A stretch of 64,000 nucleotides of DNA. It comes from Tubulanus polymorphus (taxonomy: Eukaryota > Animalia > Nemertea). Where the stretch lies: positions 6,324,001-6,388,000 of the forward strand of contig NC_134035.1 in assembly GCF_964204645.1 (NCBI RefSeq), given 5' to 3'. Shown piece by piece: positions 12,809 to 26,500 of this stretch (position 1 is the stretch's first letter; every line of letters starts with the position of its first letter). The notes under the pieces are model-generated. The model ran no database searches and was not told the origin of the DNA. It was given only the letters and a program-made list of their open reading frames with translations. Both the position numbers and the translations under genes were made by a program.

Positions 12809-14156
12809 CAAGGAAAAATATTGCTCGCCACGCCATCTTGTGGGATAGCTGGTGTTACGGGATAAGTACAAACAATTTCTTTCTGTTTCTGGTTGTTGAA
12901 CCTGAACATCAACAGCCGAAACGTTTTCATTTCAGTATGATAAATCTACAAAATCATTTCTAGGTGAGACGTCCTAATCATAGAAACTCGTATTGAAATA
13001 ACATTGATTTTAAGAATACTAAAATCACAAATAAACATAATATTTAGATAGTTTTTACAATGATGTTAGCGATGATTAGTTTAGTCCATACAAGGATTCT
13101 CGTCGAGCACAGAATATTGGTTGAACTGCGTTCGCGTCCGTCCTCGCAGAAATCCGCATCTCCATATTTCAACACCGTTTGTTCAAATCTAATTTCAAAT
13201 TTGAAAACAGTTTTACCAGAACAAGCGGCGACAGCGGCACCAGCCTCAGCACCAACAGCAGAATCAGCAGCAATCAACTGCTGCGAGATCATCGAAAATA
13301 CAAACGCGATGGACGCGACGCAGCTGACAGAGAGAAATAAAATCACAATCAGTTTGATCAATCTCAATCAGTGGTCCCTGGTATCTCCACAATTCTCGTG
13401 GTCTCTACTTCCATTATATCCCAGTTATTAGTCACGGTTTATTGATATTTTCAGAGTGGATTTTAATCGTCTGATTTTGAACTCTTTTCAAATTCGAATT
13501 CCCGCGAGATTCAGTCGGTTATTTCGACGAACAATTATTTTGATTTCATTTAGTACAATTACGCGCTTCGCACAAAACAGATATGAATCGTCAGTCGATG
13601 ACTAACCCGGGCCGGGGTGTCCCCCAGGGGGTACTTATTAACCCCTCCGGTGCACCGACTATCAAATTTCCTGCTAGTTAATTTCATCTGATTGATCCCC
13701 GTAATCTGTGAGTGTCGCCCATCAGTATTAGCCCCGATTTTGGGAACAATTGCCCGAGATTATCTAAGATTCACTTCTGAGGGTAGATACCGGACTGAAG
13801 GTCAGTGTGGATCACCGACTGGTCCCGCCTCAATCTCATTAGCGTATGACACTTCGCCGGATGTGACATGAATTCAATTCAATATGCAGTTTATTCAAAC
13901 GATTTAAACGACCTAAAAATATAAGGCATCTGGGAAATTGAATAATTGAATCGTTGAATATCGTAACCTTCCACGAAACGTGAGAAAAACCAAACCTGTT
14001 CGAATTTATTGGAGACGAACAGAAAATTGGGACGACCCCAATTGTCTCTTTGCCCGTCTCTGTATAATTACATATTGCTACTCAGTGTATCTATAACGAT
14101 ATTTCTAAAAAGTCTCCACGCAAACAAAGTTCGATTTTTATGTTACGTTCTTTCTT

Positions 14157-14220
14157 CTACTGCTGCTGCTACGGCTGCTGCTGCTGCTACGGCTGCTGCT
14201 GCTGCTACGGCTGCTGCTGC
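14157..14220. repeat. (GCT)n microsatellite with 18-bp higher-order unit ACGGCTGCTGCTGCTGCT
   Basis: ACG interruptions recur every 18 bp at 14171, 14189 and 14207. Confidence 0.95.
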
Positions 14221-17200
14221 GCAGACATTTTTATGCCCGATAATAAATGAAAACTCCACGTGACGCAGGCTCGCAATACATTTGGACGAATTCGAATTTT
14301 GAATCGACAAAAAAGCTTTTTGTTCTCGTTTTGCGTGTTTTGCAGTCGTCATATGTTTTCGGCATTATTCTCATATTCTAAACTGCAGCTGGCTCCCATT
14401 GCGGATCAACAAAACTAGTGTTTGTTCAGTGTGTTGCTTGCAGTACTACCCGAGTTGTCATTGTCTATAGAATACAAAGGTGCCCGATAATGATTCAATG
14501 TTTTACATTATATCATCCAGCATTGTGGTGGACTTTTGTTTTGGAGAATTTATGGAGCGGTGGTATACATTTACTAGGCTCCATTATCAGTGAAGGGAAT
14601 ATACATCATTTTCTAGAAAAAATGACAAGGAATCCACCACAGTTCCACGCGTTTATTCTAGAGATTCCGTCTGTTCGTCCGTTACAGGCTGGGAAATTCT
14701 ATTTCTTGCGCCTCTAGATAATCTGTATATTAGGGGGACGTATTTAAAAACCGACCGAGCATTTACGCGTCGACATGATACAAGACAGAATCGAATCCAA
14801 TTCTTTCCCTATGAGGACAGAATTAGTGTGAAAATGTCGGATTTGTGTCCGGATTTATAGAATTGTCCGTTCATACACCGCGGACAAAGTGGGGCCTCGG
14901 GCAGAATAGGAAACAGTAAAAAACCAGCCTCTTAAGCTAAAAGAAATAGCAAACCATGTGTTTATTTGATAAATCCTTCTTCAATACGGTCACTTTAGAC
15001 AACAATATAATACTTTAACAACATTATTAATAACGTTAACCGATGCGATGAATTTTCATCTAGAATGACCAGTGACTCACACAAAACGGGTTTTATCTAA
15101 CCCACGATAGAGCGCTTTTAAGGTATCTACGGTACAGGCTTATTTAGTTCTGAATAACCGGAAGATCACTTAAATGTCAGCGAAATTTACTGAAATTCAT
15201 TTGGAAAATCCCCGATTTTCATAATTCTCAATTCGGTGATATACAACTCGATTGAGTGAGTGCAGCATACTGTGTACGAGTTCTCTGCAAACTGATGAAA
15301 TATTTCGCTGTAGAATTGGCTTTGAGTTTACTATGCCATCTCGGCAGTTATGGAAAAATGTACGATACTGTACAAAGCTTTAAGCTTCATTTTCCAGCAT
15401 AGGTTTTGTTGGTCCTGGCTGAAACTAGTGCTCAAACTATCGGTTTTCATGCCGTTAAAACGAGCATCGACTGTAGCATCAATTTATCACGCGAGCGTCA
15501 CGATACGGCTATGTACCTGTGTCAGCAGCCGATGACATTTCCGCGTCAGACAGCCGTATCGCGTGCGGCTGCCGCTCCAGTAATTACCGGGCTGATTTGT
15601 GAACAACGCGACAATTAATCAAACATCGCAGTTTGATGCGGGTTCACAAAAACGCGACGTTTTTTTTCATCCTTTTGTCACCGTGTTGTTTTAAGTCGTT
15701 ATTCAAATCATCGCCTACATCGGATTTTTTCGATCTCGATAAAATATCCGACCTCGCAGCAAGTCTACTCTCCTACACAATACTTATTAAACACAGCACT
15801 TAGGGGTTAGTGTGCGTGTGTCCGCCTCCGTTTGAAGTCGGGACCTGAAGAAACAAAGTCAGCGTTCAGCGTGCGTTCTGGTGTTGGTCACAAAAATGTT
15901 CGAAGCTCCATGAACGATGGTTTAAGAACATTTCGTTGTCCACGGATGGTAAATGAACCTATCAAGCAGTGGTGGACTGGTTACCGGAACTCAAGCGTAA
16001 AAATTGACGAATAGAAATATGTTCTCAGCGCGCTATCAAGTGATTCCTTACGAACTTCATGTGGCCATGTTTTGATGGAACTTGTAGCTGGTCATCTGAA
16101 GCGAGTTATCAGTCATCGGGACAATCGATCGCGGGACCACGTGGGTCACTTTGCGTCGAGCAGATCGTGATTCAGCGTTTTAAATTATGTACGCGTCGTG
16201 ATAGAGCTGTTTCTTCCCTCGACGCGATGTTTGATCCTCGCGGTGAAAACGGCCACTGATACTGATCGCCACTGATCGCCGTCAATCTCACGTTGAATCA
16301 TCGACTTTTTAATTAGGTCTTCATAATTTTATAATGTCGACGATACCCGCGACGCTGGTCAGTCGAATCGCCGACGATAACTGGCGATACGTGCCCGGCT
16401 CAAACTTACCGAACAAAGCGGAGGATTTAGGGCACTCCTGGGACGGGAAACCGGTCGTTTAGATGGAAAGTTAATAGGTTCGATAGCCGTCGTTATGACT
16501 GGGATAATAGATGGACGATATAAATCCGAAATCTTCACTTTCGCTTACAAAAGGCTGCGGTACCGTTCACGGCCATTACAACTGCTCCAGACACTGGGGA
16601 AATTTAATAAAGGGTCAATTTTTCGATGGTCGATTGTTCCCCAGCGTGCGACAGTCGACCATCTAGGATCATCGGAACAGACGTTTCCGGTCCATCGAGG
16701 GGATTTATATCTCAGTGAATTGGCCGGGTCGATGATGAACTCTGGCACCTCTAAACAACTCAACAGCTTCTAATGTGCGTAAAATCGGACATGAATTATA
16801 CACTGAATAACTGGTAATGGTTAAATTGCCGCCTGATTTACTAATGTCCACAAGTGGAGAATGACAACACGTTTGAGCCTCTTAGTAGTTCATTCGTCGG
16901 TGCATATGTCTATATAAAAAACTATCATTTTCCGAATATTTTCTCTGGATTTTCAGTCTGAACGAGTTGCACCGACAGGTTAACCTGTATATTCAGACAC
17001 TATAAGAAGCTGTTGTTGTGTTTGCGACGTTGGCTTCGTCGCATTCGCAGAATATGATATTCAATTGAATATGATATGTATGTAATATATGTTGTTAATG
17101 TCATCACGCTGAAATACGTAACGATGCGTTCGTTCTCTGTAAGTAACATCCCCGGAAACCCATCCCCGCTTGCAAGGGTTCGGTTACCTCACTGTTGGGT

Positions 17201-20200
17201 GTCGAATAACCACCAGTGCCACCTATTATTGCCACGTACCGCGACTGTGGACGAAAACCAAAGCAATTATGAATTTAATCGTCACGCTTTATACGAGCCG
17301 TCTATATTCATAGATATCCGGGATCGATATTGGACTTTTTGCAGCACCTGCGAACTGATTTTTCTTAAAAACATATTTCTTTGAGCATCACCGCCCAACG
17401 CACGCACTCCAGACTGGATACTATACAATCACTAAGAGGCTATCTACTGCTGATTCTGGGAGGAGGCCAGGTGCTATTAATAATATACCGCAATGTATTG
17501 TTGAATACAGCTAAATGAGTAATAATTGTCTTAAAAAAGACGTCGCGTTGATAAATGTCATCTAGTCTCGGGACTCGGGTTATCCTCCAACTTTCGCGGA
17601 CTGAATTGCGTATATTCATCATTTTGACGTTGTCACCAGCGCGTCGAAACATCGTCTAATCGCAGCGGTGTTCGCGTGACTGCATCAATAATACCAATAA
17701 ACCCGTCTCACCTTGGCTTCAATAGCAGGTAAATTAGTACTAGTTTGATGAACGAATTTATCATCGTGGGGAGGGGGAGAGAGAGTAGAGAAGAAAGAGG
17801 TAGAGGATAGAGCAGATTGGAGCTCCTCGCAACCACCGCTACAATGACGACATCGAAGATATTTTCTGTTTGTTGTACATTCTTAAATGATATTCGATCA
17901 ATGTTGCGTCAACAAACACCGGTCAAGTGGGTCGCATATTATATCCTTGCTGTAATACGATATGCGTCACTAGGTGACTATAGGCGTGACTTCACCGCGC
18001 ACTAACGGCAGTAACCGTCGTTTACGCCTTATCATAGTTTACTAATCACGGTTAGCACTTACAGGGTTTTCCGCGCAGGCCCTAGCGGGACGCGATTCGG
18101 TGATGGCTGAACATAGAACTAGACGACAAGGTTCGCTTCCATCCACCATTTAGGGTTAGGTTAGGAATTCTAAACAGCAGTCAATTCTAAATGGATCTGG
18201 ATCTGGACTTCAGGACGGACCGCACTGTAGGCCAACTTTCAGTCACTTCAATACGAATCAGTAGAAATCCACCTTCTTTTATCTTTTGATTAAAGGAAGC
18301 GTTTCTTGAATTCAAAGTTATCTTATTCGTCGTTGTATTGTATCGTCTTTGCGAACTAAGATAAAAAAAAGCTACAAAATGGCTGCCGGTAAAATACATC
18401 AGTGGATAAAACGGAAGATACCTAGGAGAAAAGACGCTACTTACTACTCTGTAGTGACTGGATAGAGACGTTCCTACTTTGGAGCTCATTTTCGCATCCT
18501 CTTGACAACAAACCGACTTCATTTTCACTAACTTACGGGAAATCGATGGCTTAAACATTTCGAGCACTCGACACAAACCGAACACGAGTCGATAGTTAGT
18601 ATCAAGCCGCTAAAGGAAATCATTCTGTCACATATTACGACTGAAGTTATCGTTCGTCGATGAGAATTGATCCCAGTTGGCAATACATCAATTTATCAAC
18701 AATCGACTCGACGTAAGTGACTTCAAGTATCAGTGTTGAGTCAATACAATCCCAGGACTCTAGGCTAGAAGCCTTTCGTATTCGGGGGTTCTCGGATAAC
18801 ACTGAAAACCTAATGCAGCTTTCTTTTAATGTTTGTAATATCCTCAGACCTTAGTCGAATGAATTTTCAAGATACTTCAGAAATTTAAGCCATATTGGAC
18901 GTGAGCACATAAACCAGATGACCCAACGATATCACGAGAAGCTAGCGAAGCTTCACAGCTAGTGAAGTCTCTATAGCAAGAGTCCAAAACGTTGTATCTT
19001 TGAAACTTTGAGATTTTTATGGGAGAATTTTATAAATAATCATGGGGTGGGGAAAACCTGAAACACCCGAAAAAAAGGAATAAATAAATGACTTGGAGAA
19101 AGTCAATGATGACTTTGGCGGTTCGTTTTGATGCCGGTGTTGTGTGATATTGACTCTCGTCTCAGTTGCTGATGTCAATATAATTCGTGATGTCCGACAA
19201 AAGCGAAACTTATCGGCTGCTATTAATATTTAACCCTGTCACAGCAGCAAGATATAAATGAGTCAATATCATCTGTAGGTGTGTGCGGAATACGAGAGTG
19301 GTTCTTGGGCGACATCACACACGCACCAAAACTAAAGTAAATATTAGATGATGCCGCATCGACTAAGTGCAACTAGCGGTAACTCATTGAATGACCTTTT
19401 ATATCGCTGTGTGTTGTGAACCCGTTTGGATGTTGTGAACTCAATCAAATCAATCCGCAATTAATACATCTATTTGATGAATATTTCCATTAGATAATTA
19501 CAACGGCGATTTCGATGGAGATTTTAGAATTCAGTTTGAATGCTCTGGTAAAGCCATCTGTGGTCCGGTGATGCGTAGTTTATACGGTCGGCACAAACTC
19601 GACTGGGAGATACGTACAAAGACTAGTTAAAGACTGGCTGGAACTCTTGAATTTTCATAAAAGTCTATTTCAAGTGTATTTCTTAGTTTCTCATTTCTCT
19701 ATTTCTTTCCACTACTATTCCAAGATTAGCTTTTCCAATCATTCTTATGTCGGATTCATTTAATTTAGAACTCGACTCTCCTTTTCGGACACGAAAACGA
19801 AAACATTGTTTTGAGTCCTAGTTCAAGGCAAGAGCAAATTCATGTCTACGATATGCATAATAGAACTCGTGTTCAGACGGAAACCAACGACAAATCAGAA
19901 AATAAAGTCAGTCACTACAGTAGTTTTCAATTCAAGTGTGTGGCGCGTTGATACATCAGTCTACATCATCCGGGAATCGATATACCTTAAAGCGCGCGTT
20001 ATCGATACTTACAAATGTCGCCGCTAATCCTCGTCAAGTGACCAGACTCAGTGTGCAATGACCATTAAAACAATGACTCACCAGAAACGACGATTGAGTA
20101 ATAACAAACGTGTGTGATACCAATATCTCAGATAACTGCCGCTGAAACTCGCGGCTGTCACGATTCATTTGACTTTGTTTTTCAAATTACGAATTTTGTG

Positions 20201-20976
20201 CTTAAGGATGGAACTCATAATAGCGTTGTCTCTTTGTCGAACTGATGAGAATTTGGCAAACTTAATTCCCCTGTTTCGATAACATAAACAATGCGTCACA
20301 ACGATACGATATCCTGTAACTATAATGAAACTTTAATGAGTCGTTCTGTGAAACGGGCGCCAGATTTTCAACTTTAAGTTTAACTTAATGAAATTCAAAA
20401 GATGGCGCTATATTGTTCTTCGTCACGTTATCCGCACTTCAATGCGCTCCGCTAATTTACTAAAGCAAACAGTGTCGCATTACGAAGGGCACAAGTGAAA
20501 TACGAGTGCAAACAATAACCCCATCCCCAATTAATTTTTCTGTGAGCAAGGAGAGCAGCGAGCACCATATAGAGTATTAGCTAATACCGGGTTCACGTGC
20601 GAATGTTGTGATAAGCTGACAATTATTGTCACGATGATCGTTTGAAAATCCTTCTAATTCAATTTCTGCAGCCTCCAAATGCGGGACGCATTGTTAAGAT
20701 TGATAGCAGTGACTGAGTTTGAATATTAAGTAGCGCACAGTCAGTAGTAGCACCTGGAACAAATTGTCTTCTTCTTTGTTTCATAAGTCGCGATTTAGAT
20801 GGAACAACAGCGGCTTTGTGCCAAATATCTTGCTCTAGATAAGTGGCCCTTATTCAGGTATTTCTCCGCAACTTGCAACAGCTCTAGTATTATGGAGAAT
20901 CAGTTTCTGAAAGTGTGCTGGTAAACAATGTTGAATGCTCGGTGTTTGAAGTCCATTTTCAATTAAAGGAAGACTG

Positions 20977-21084
20977 GATCCAGTTCCACAGTTGTGAGTT
21001 AGAGTTAAATCTGAGTTAAAATTAGTTCATTTTCAATGAGTTAACTCAGAGTCAAATCTTAACTCACAACTGTGGAACTGGGTC
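20977..21084. mobile_element. 108-bp palindromic MITE, family A (PIF/Harbinger-like), with CTG target-site duplication
   Basis: The terminal inverted repeat (TIR) GAYCCAGTTCCACAGTTGTGAGTTA matches 24/25, and pairing continues almost to the centre. CTG flanks both ends (20974-20976 and 21085-21087). Confidence 0.85.
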
Positions 21085-23420
21085 CTGGTGATTAAGTATC
21101 GATTATTCTAAGGGAATTTAAATTGATATCTGCGTAATTAGTAGATGGCTACAAAGTTGAAGAAAAAAGCGTGGGCATTCACCAGTAGATCTGCAGAACT
21201 ATGCCTGATAACCCTGTTTTATGTTGCGTTCGTCACTTAAGAAAAATACTATCAAATGATATTAGAGACACCCGAATTTGAGAATTTGAGAACGCAGATG
21301 TGCATTAAGTGTCGTTACATATACGTATAGTTCCACACACACACGACACACATGACGTTACATCCGAAAAACCTTGAAAGCGATTATCGTGTTTAATGTA
21401 GTTTTATTCACGATCGCCGGACGCCTGTTGATAGATAGAAAGCGCGCGTCTCGATACTGCTGCTGATGTTGAAATAAACCGGCGAGAGAGGATGGGGAGA
21501 GATGAGAACGGGCTTTGATCGATTAGGTTTAAATGCGCCTCTCATCGACATGGCGCGTGGGAATTATCGTATGGGTCGGCGGGGAGTCGTATCGCGTTGA
21601 TAACTTTCTGATATACGCGTGGAATATAATATCATACATATTATTATATTCATATGTGCTAATAATGATGGATGGACGTCGTCTGGGATGGATATAATTC
21701 ATCTGACCTCCCGCTGGTTTACAGCCCGCTTTACGAGGCCCCTTTAGTGTCCATGGTCACCGTGAACAGGCTGAGTTTTTGGTAACATGTAAATACGTAG
21801 TTAGTTTACGGCGCAGATGAGACGAATAGAAGATAAAAAATGAAATAACTACAGAAATTACAGGAGTAAAACTCGGAATATGAAATATGAGTGTCGCTAA
21901 ACCAGGGTCAGTTGAGGTGTGTTTTTTACGTTCTTTGTTAAACCTAACCATATACATGTACAGTATGGTATCTGTCCGATGAATAACGTTGACAAGTTAT
22001 AAGACTGACCCCGGGACTCTCACAAACCTATCCTTTGTTCTAATCTAGGTACTGACATTGTGAACACGTATCTATTCCCTTTATTCGACGCTAGTCATAT
22101 AACTTTGTTGGAAATGAATAACGAAAAAACGCTTTGTTCGAGATCAAACGAACATCAAAGAGTTTTCCGTGATGAATGGAGCTACGTACGAGAAACTGTC
22201 GCTGTTGTGTCTTTCATAGACTGTTCGATTGATGTTGAATTTTATTTGTATACACAAAAAATGTGAAAAAAATGCTCATGAAGTAACAGCTAAGCACCCA
22301 ACTAGTCAACCCGTACAGCACGCATCTCCTCCCTGTAATTAACATGTCAACTGTAATGGTAAATAAATACCTCTTGTCCCGAATTCTATAATTTCGATGA
22401 CATCCGATAATTATCCTTTCACATTTATATTTATTATGCATGCGCTGCTGTTTTTTTTTTCTTCTAATTTTCGATATGCTATACATATACATATATACAA
22501 GTGCTTAGTGTTCCTACACTGTGTAGCCGTGTCACCAAAAGTTGCTAATGGAATTCCATGGCTATAAAAATATCTAGTATAATCTAAACAGCTCGATGAT
22601 GAATATGTACGCGTTTATTCTCGAATCGGTTTATCATCTTTGAAAATGTTTACGCAACAAAAACATAAAACCCATTAAACGGTCACTTGCCGCTGGTTCA
22701 GGCTGGACCGAAAGAGGGAAGCAATGTCCAATGTGTCTATATCCAAAACCTGACTTATATGATTCCGATTTCTGATCAAAGCTGTTCGTGCAGGTGCGGT
22801 TACGGGTTTGTATGGTATACATACACACTGGATGTATAAAACTATATGGCACAGCATGGGCTCTACGATAAAACGATTGAGAGCCCATGGTCACAGGATA
22901 TACACTCAGAACCTTTGATTAAACTGTTAAATTGTTTCAACACGTGCTACACATTTCAATTTATTCTCGGTCTATTATTCTATGAAATTCAATTCAACTG
23001 AAGAAAGAGTTTCAAGCATGCTCGTGCACAATAGTTGAGGCGATTTTAATTGGGATTTTCGCTGAAATGATGCCTCGCTCGGTCAATGATGGTCACGAAA
23101 CTGCCATCCTAAATGGAAATCGATTGAATTTGCTTAATTAGCCGGACTACACGCTGTGATTATGGGGTCAACAAGAGTTGCCAAGGTCTTGTTATTATTC
23201 ACTGATCATACATGTATGTATGTATAATGTAACCGACGTGAGATCAGTCGTTTGGTGTCAACAAGTATTATAACGTCCGGTTAGTCATCGGTGGTCACTA
23301 CTCTTTATTCTAGAGTAGATCGTTCCGATAGTGGGTTCTTTTCTTTTTGATAACAGATTAAGAATAGAGCCTGTAGTCTCCACGCTAGCATCATGCTATA
23401 GTTTGTGTACGTGGAAGTCC

Positions 23421-23563
23421 ATCTTTACACTAGTTCCACCTAGTGGATCCTAGATTGCCATGTAGGATTGCTAATATACATATTTGGAAGTACGAATACG
23501 ACAATACGAATACGAATACGAATATCTTTACACTAGTACCACCTAGCGGATCCTCGATTGCCA
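23421..23563. repeat. 40-bp direct duplication with an intervening (TACGAA)n microsatellite
   Basis: 23421-23460 and 23524-23563 match 37/40. The (TACGAA)n tract lies at 23491-23523. Confidence 0.9.
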
Positions 23564-26500
23564 CAGGAGCAAACAATACCAGAGAAACAGGAAACATCGA
23601 ACATGAAGTAGATTAATGTTGCTGCTATCGCTGTGTCTGGGTGCGCTTAATGCGGTTGTTAGTTCGAATGATAATTATGAGAATTGATGAAAAAAAACGT
23701 TGCGTGACGCAAAACATAATCTGACCATGAGAGAAAGAGCCGAGATCATTGCGTTGGAGAAATGATTATCATTGTGTAAGACCAATATGCCCTTGGGACC
23801 CGAGTCCAATTTATCCAAACATAAGGGTCCGAAGAAGCGGGGTTTACTTGTAAATTGGTGTTGAGAGAGGGAGGGAAGGAGGCAGAAAGATGTGGGGATG
23901 AGTCAGCTGAATTATCCGTCCGTCGATGTAAACCAGTTAATGGCTACGCGGCCCCAGGGAAAACTAGCAACAGCCGCAGTTCCAGTCAAAATCAACAATC
24001 ACTCTGATCACCGAAGTCGATAATATTGTCGATGTCCAGAAGCCGCAGCCACAACCGTCAAATCGGTTCTATATTACTGACACTGTTTGCTATTTACGAT
24101 GGTAAAAAGTAGAAGAGACCGAACACGGACTGAGTCAGAGAGATCGATCGAACACAAGACACGAATAAAAGGAAGCACAAGTGTCGTCAGGACTGTTACA
24201 TCGGGTTTGAGAGTATTCTCCTTTTGTACGTCATCACACCCATACAGAACAGTACTGTATCTGATATGGCGACAGCAGGTTGCTCCCAGACACATCAGAT
24301 TATCGGTCTTAATTTTTTTTACCGGGAAAATATTTCATCAACGATAAAGCTTATTTTAATTTGAACCCAAAATTCTTCAATTAATGTTTCAAGTTCGACT
24401 TAAAATATTTGTATTTTGTACTGCGATTTCAAATTCTAACCCCCCCTTCGTTCCTATACGAGCTAACTTAATAAATAAGAAATAACATCGTAAATCCAAA
24501 CATGAATCGTGGTGATGTTTGTTTGGTGAGCCGGTGCACCAATTCATCGAATACCCAGGGTACAGCACTAAAATACCCCCATTTTCCAAGGATTCTAATT
24601 CGTGTTTTTGCAATATTCTGACCGTCGTATCCTACTAGTGTGTCTTAAACTTTCTCCGAAATTGAACCGATATTTTGCCTAATGGTGTTGGCAAGTTGTC
24701 ATATGAGGGGGCTGTTCAAAGTAAAGCGTCGAATTGTACATCCTTATCGAGGTACGCGCTGTGACGTTGTCGTTTGCTCCGAGGTAATTTCCTGGAAATA
24801 GTAAATATCGCTTCAAACTCTTGAAGTACCTGCAGGTTTCCAAGGTGCAGCAGTAATGGATCTGTGCCAACGATGTTTCAACTAGATCAAAAAAAAAAAC
24901 TGTGCAATGGAAATCAATATGAATTGATTTCCACTACCAGTTACTGATGGCAATTAACCATATTATAGCTAGAAATCTAGGCATTGTTTTGATGTTGGGA
25001 AATCCGAATCTGAAATAAATGGTTTTTTCCGATCAAGCGAACCGAAGATCGATTGAGCAATATAGACGTCAGTCTGTTTTCAAACCTGGATATCTTTACC
25101 AGAAACAAAACTGAATTTCAATGTTCATTTGGTGCTGGAGGAGAGTTGACTGCGAATCCATGATGCTGTGACTAGGTTTGCTCTACTATGTACGTATGTG
25201 TAAGTGCAATGGCGACAATCAGACATTTATCGGATTTACATCAGGACTAATGATCGACGGTACTGTTGATTCCGTGGTATAATGGTGGTCGGTCGGTACA
25301 CCTCTCAAAGACTAGTGCAGTGCGCGGACAGCGCCTGAGGATGCTTACGATGTCGCAAATATTGAAGTAACAATTGATACAAGATTACCAATGATAATAC
25401 TATAGAGCCAAAGGATACCGAAGAATGCGGGATCCACGACCTGTGTGTCAGGTGAGCGGAGGGATGAGAGCCTGCCGCTGTTTTTGATCTAAACATTAGC
25501 TTTTATATATATTTATATACTGGACGAGTTACTACGCTAGGAGATATCGTGTGTGTGTAAGTCACATTAGTCACGAACGGCAGATTTTCATTGTTTTAAT
25601 CGTCCCATGAGAGTCAAATTGATTCACAATTCGAATTCAGTCGTTGGACTGGTTGCCGGAGTCAGTTAGCGCCCAAGGAGTCGTCGGCCGGGTTTACGAC
25701 GTGATCTATCGTCAATATACACGAGAGTGAATTAGCGCCGTATATCTGGTACCCCGCCGTCGAAAGTGAAGACGAGTCTGACAGAACAAAGCTTGCGTGA
25801 ATATATTATTTATTCCATGGGGAGGTGTCTGGGACGTTTTCTTTTGACTCGCCCTGCGGGTTCAATTTACGTCGTGGTCCCAACTCTCTCGACACAACGT
25901 CTGTTCAACCGGAAATTGGTAGAAAACCTCTTCGTGCCCGTTCGATCTACTAATTTACAGATATTTCAGTCCTTAAAGATGATTACCGGGCTCTTATTGA
26001 AAGGGCTTTGTTTGGTTTAATCAAAATGAATAATCGGAAGAATTAATGATATTATTCAGTTTCTATTAATACCCGTTGGCCCACACTGCTGCCCAAATCC
26101 CAGCCGTAGGCGTGTATATTATAGCTCGTAGGCCCGCAGTGTGCTAAATCCTAAATGTTTTCCTTGCGGTTTAAATGACGCCAGCGGGAGCAATATAGAG
26201 GATGGAATTCAACCGGCACATGTAATAGGAAAACATTCTCGAGTTTGATTCAAACAAAACTCAATAATAGCGAACAATTGGGAAATTAGTGAATTTGTTA
26301 TTTATCTTGCTAATCAAAACGTTCCGTATTGGACATACGTAGTGTTTGTGGCAAATAAGCCTATAGTTTTCAATCGCAGTTTGAGCGGGGTTGGTTAGAA
26401 TTCTTTGTTTGCGAATATTTCAGGTGTTAAATGCGGGTCGCGAACCCTGTAATTACTGAATTATGAATACCTTCGATACCCACGACGATACTGTCTATAG

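Noticed and set aside
13044-13431. Overlapping 107-aa and 123-aa ORFs, one looking like a signal-peptide protein
   Set aside because: They are open largely because of a CAG/GCA-rich low-complexity tract. There is no domain similarity and no convincing splice structure.
14009-14352. Poly-Ala ORFs on both strands
   Set aside because: They are artefacts of the (GCT)n microsatellite.
18150-18165. TTAGGGTTAGGTTAGG telomere-like run
   Set aside because: Only about three imperfect units, too short to call an interstitial telomeric site.
23421-23563. Repeat-spacer-repeat pattern resembling a CRISPR array
   Set aside because: Only two units, the spacer contains a microsatellite, there are no cas genes, and the context is eukaryotic.
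24705-24725. TATGAGGGGGCTGTTCAAA and TACGAGGG words (also about 10477 and 46261) resembling mariner TIR starts
   Set aside because: No matching opposite TIR and no transposase sequence.
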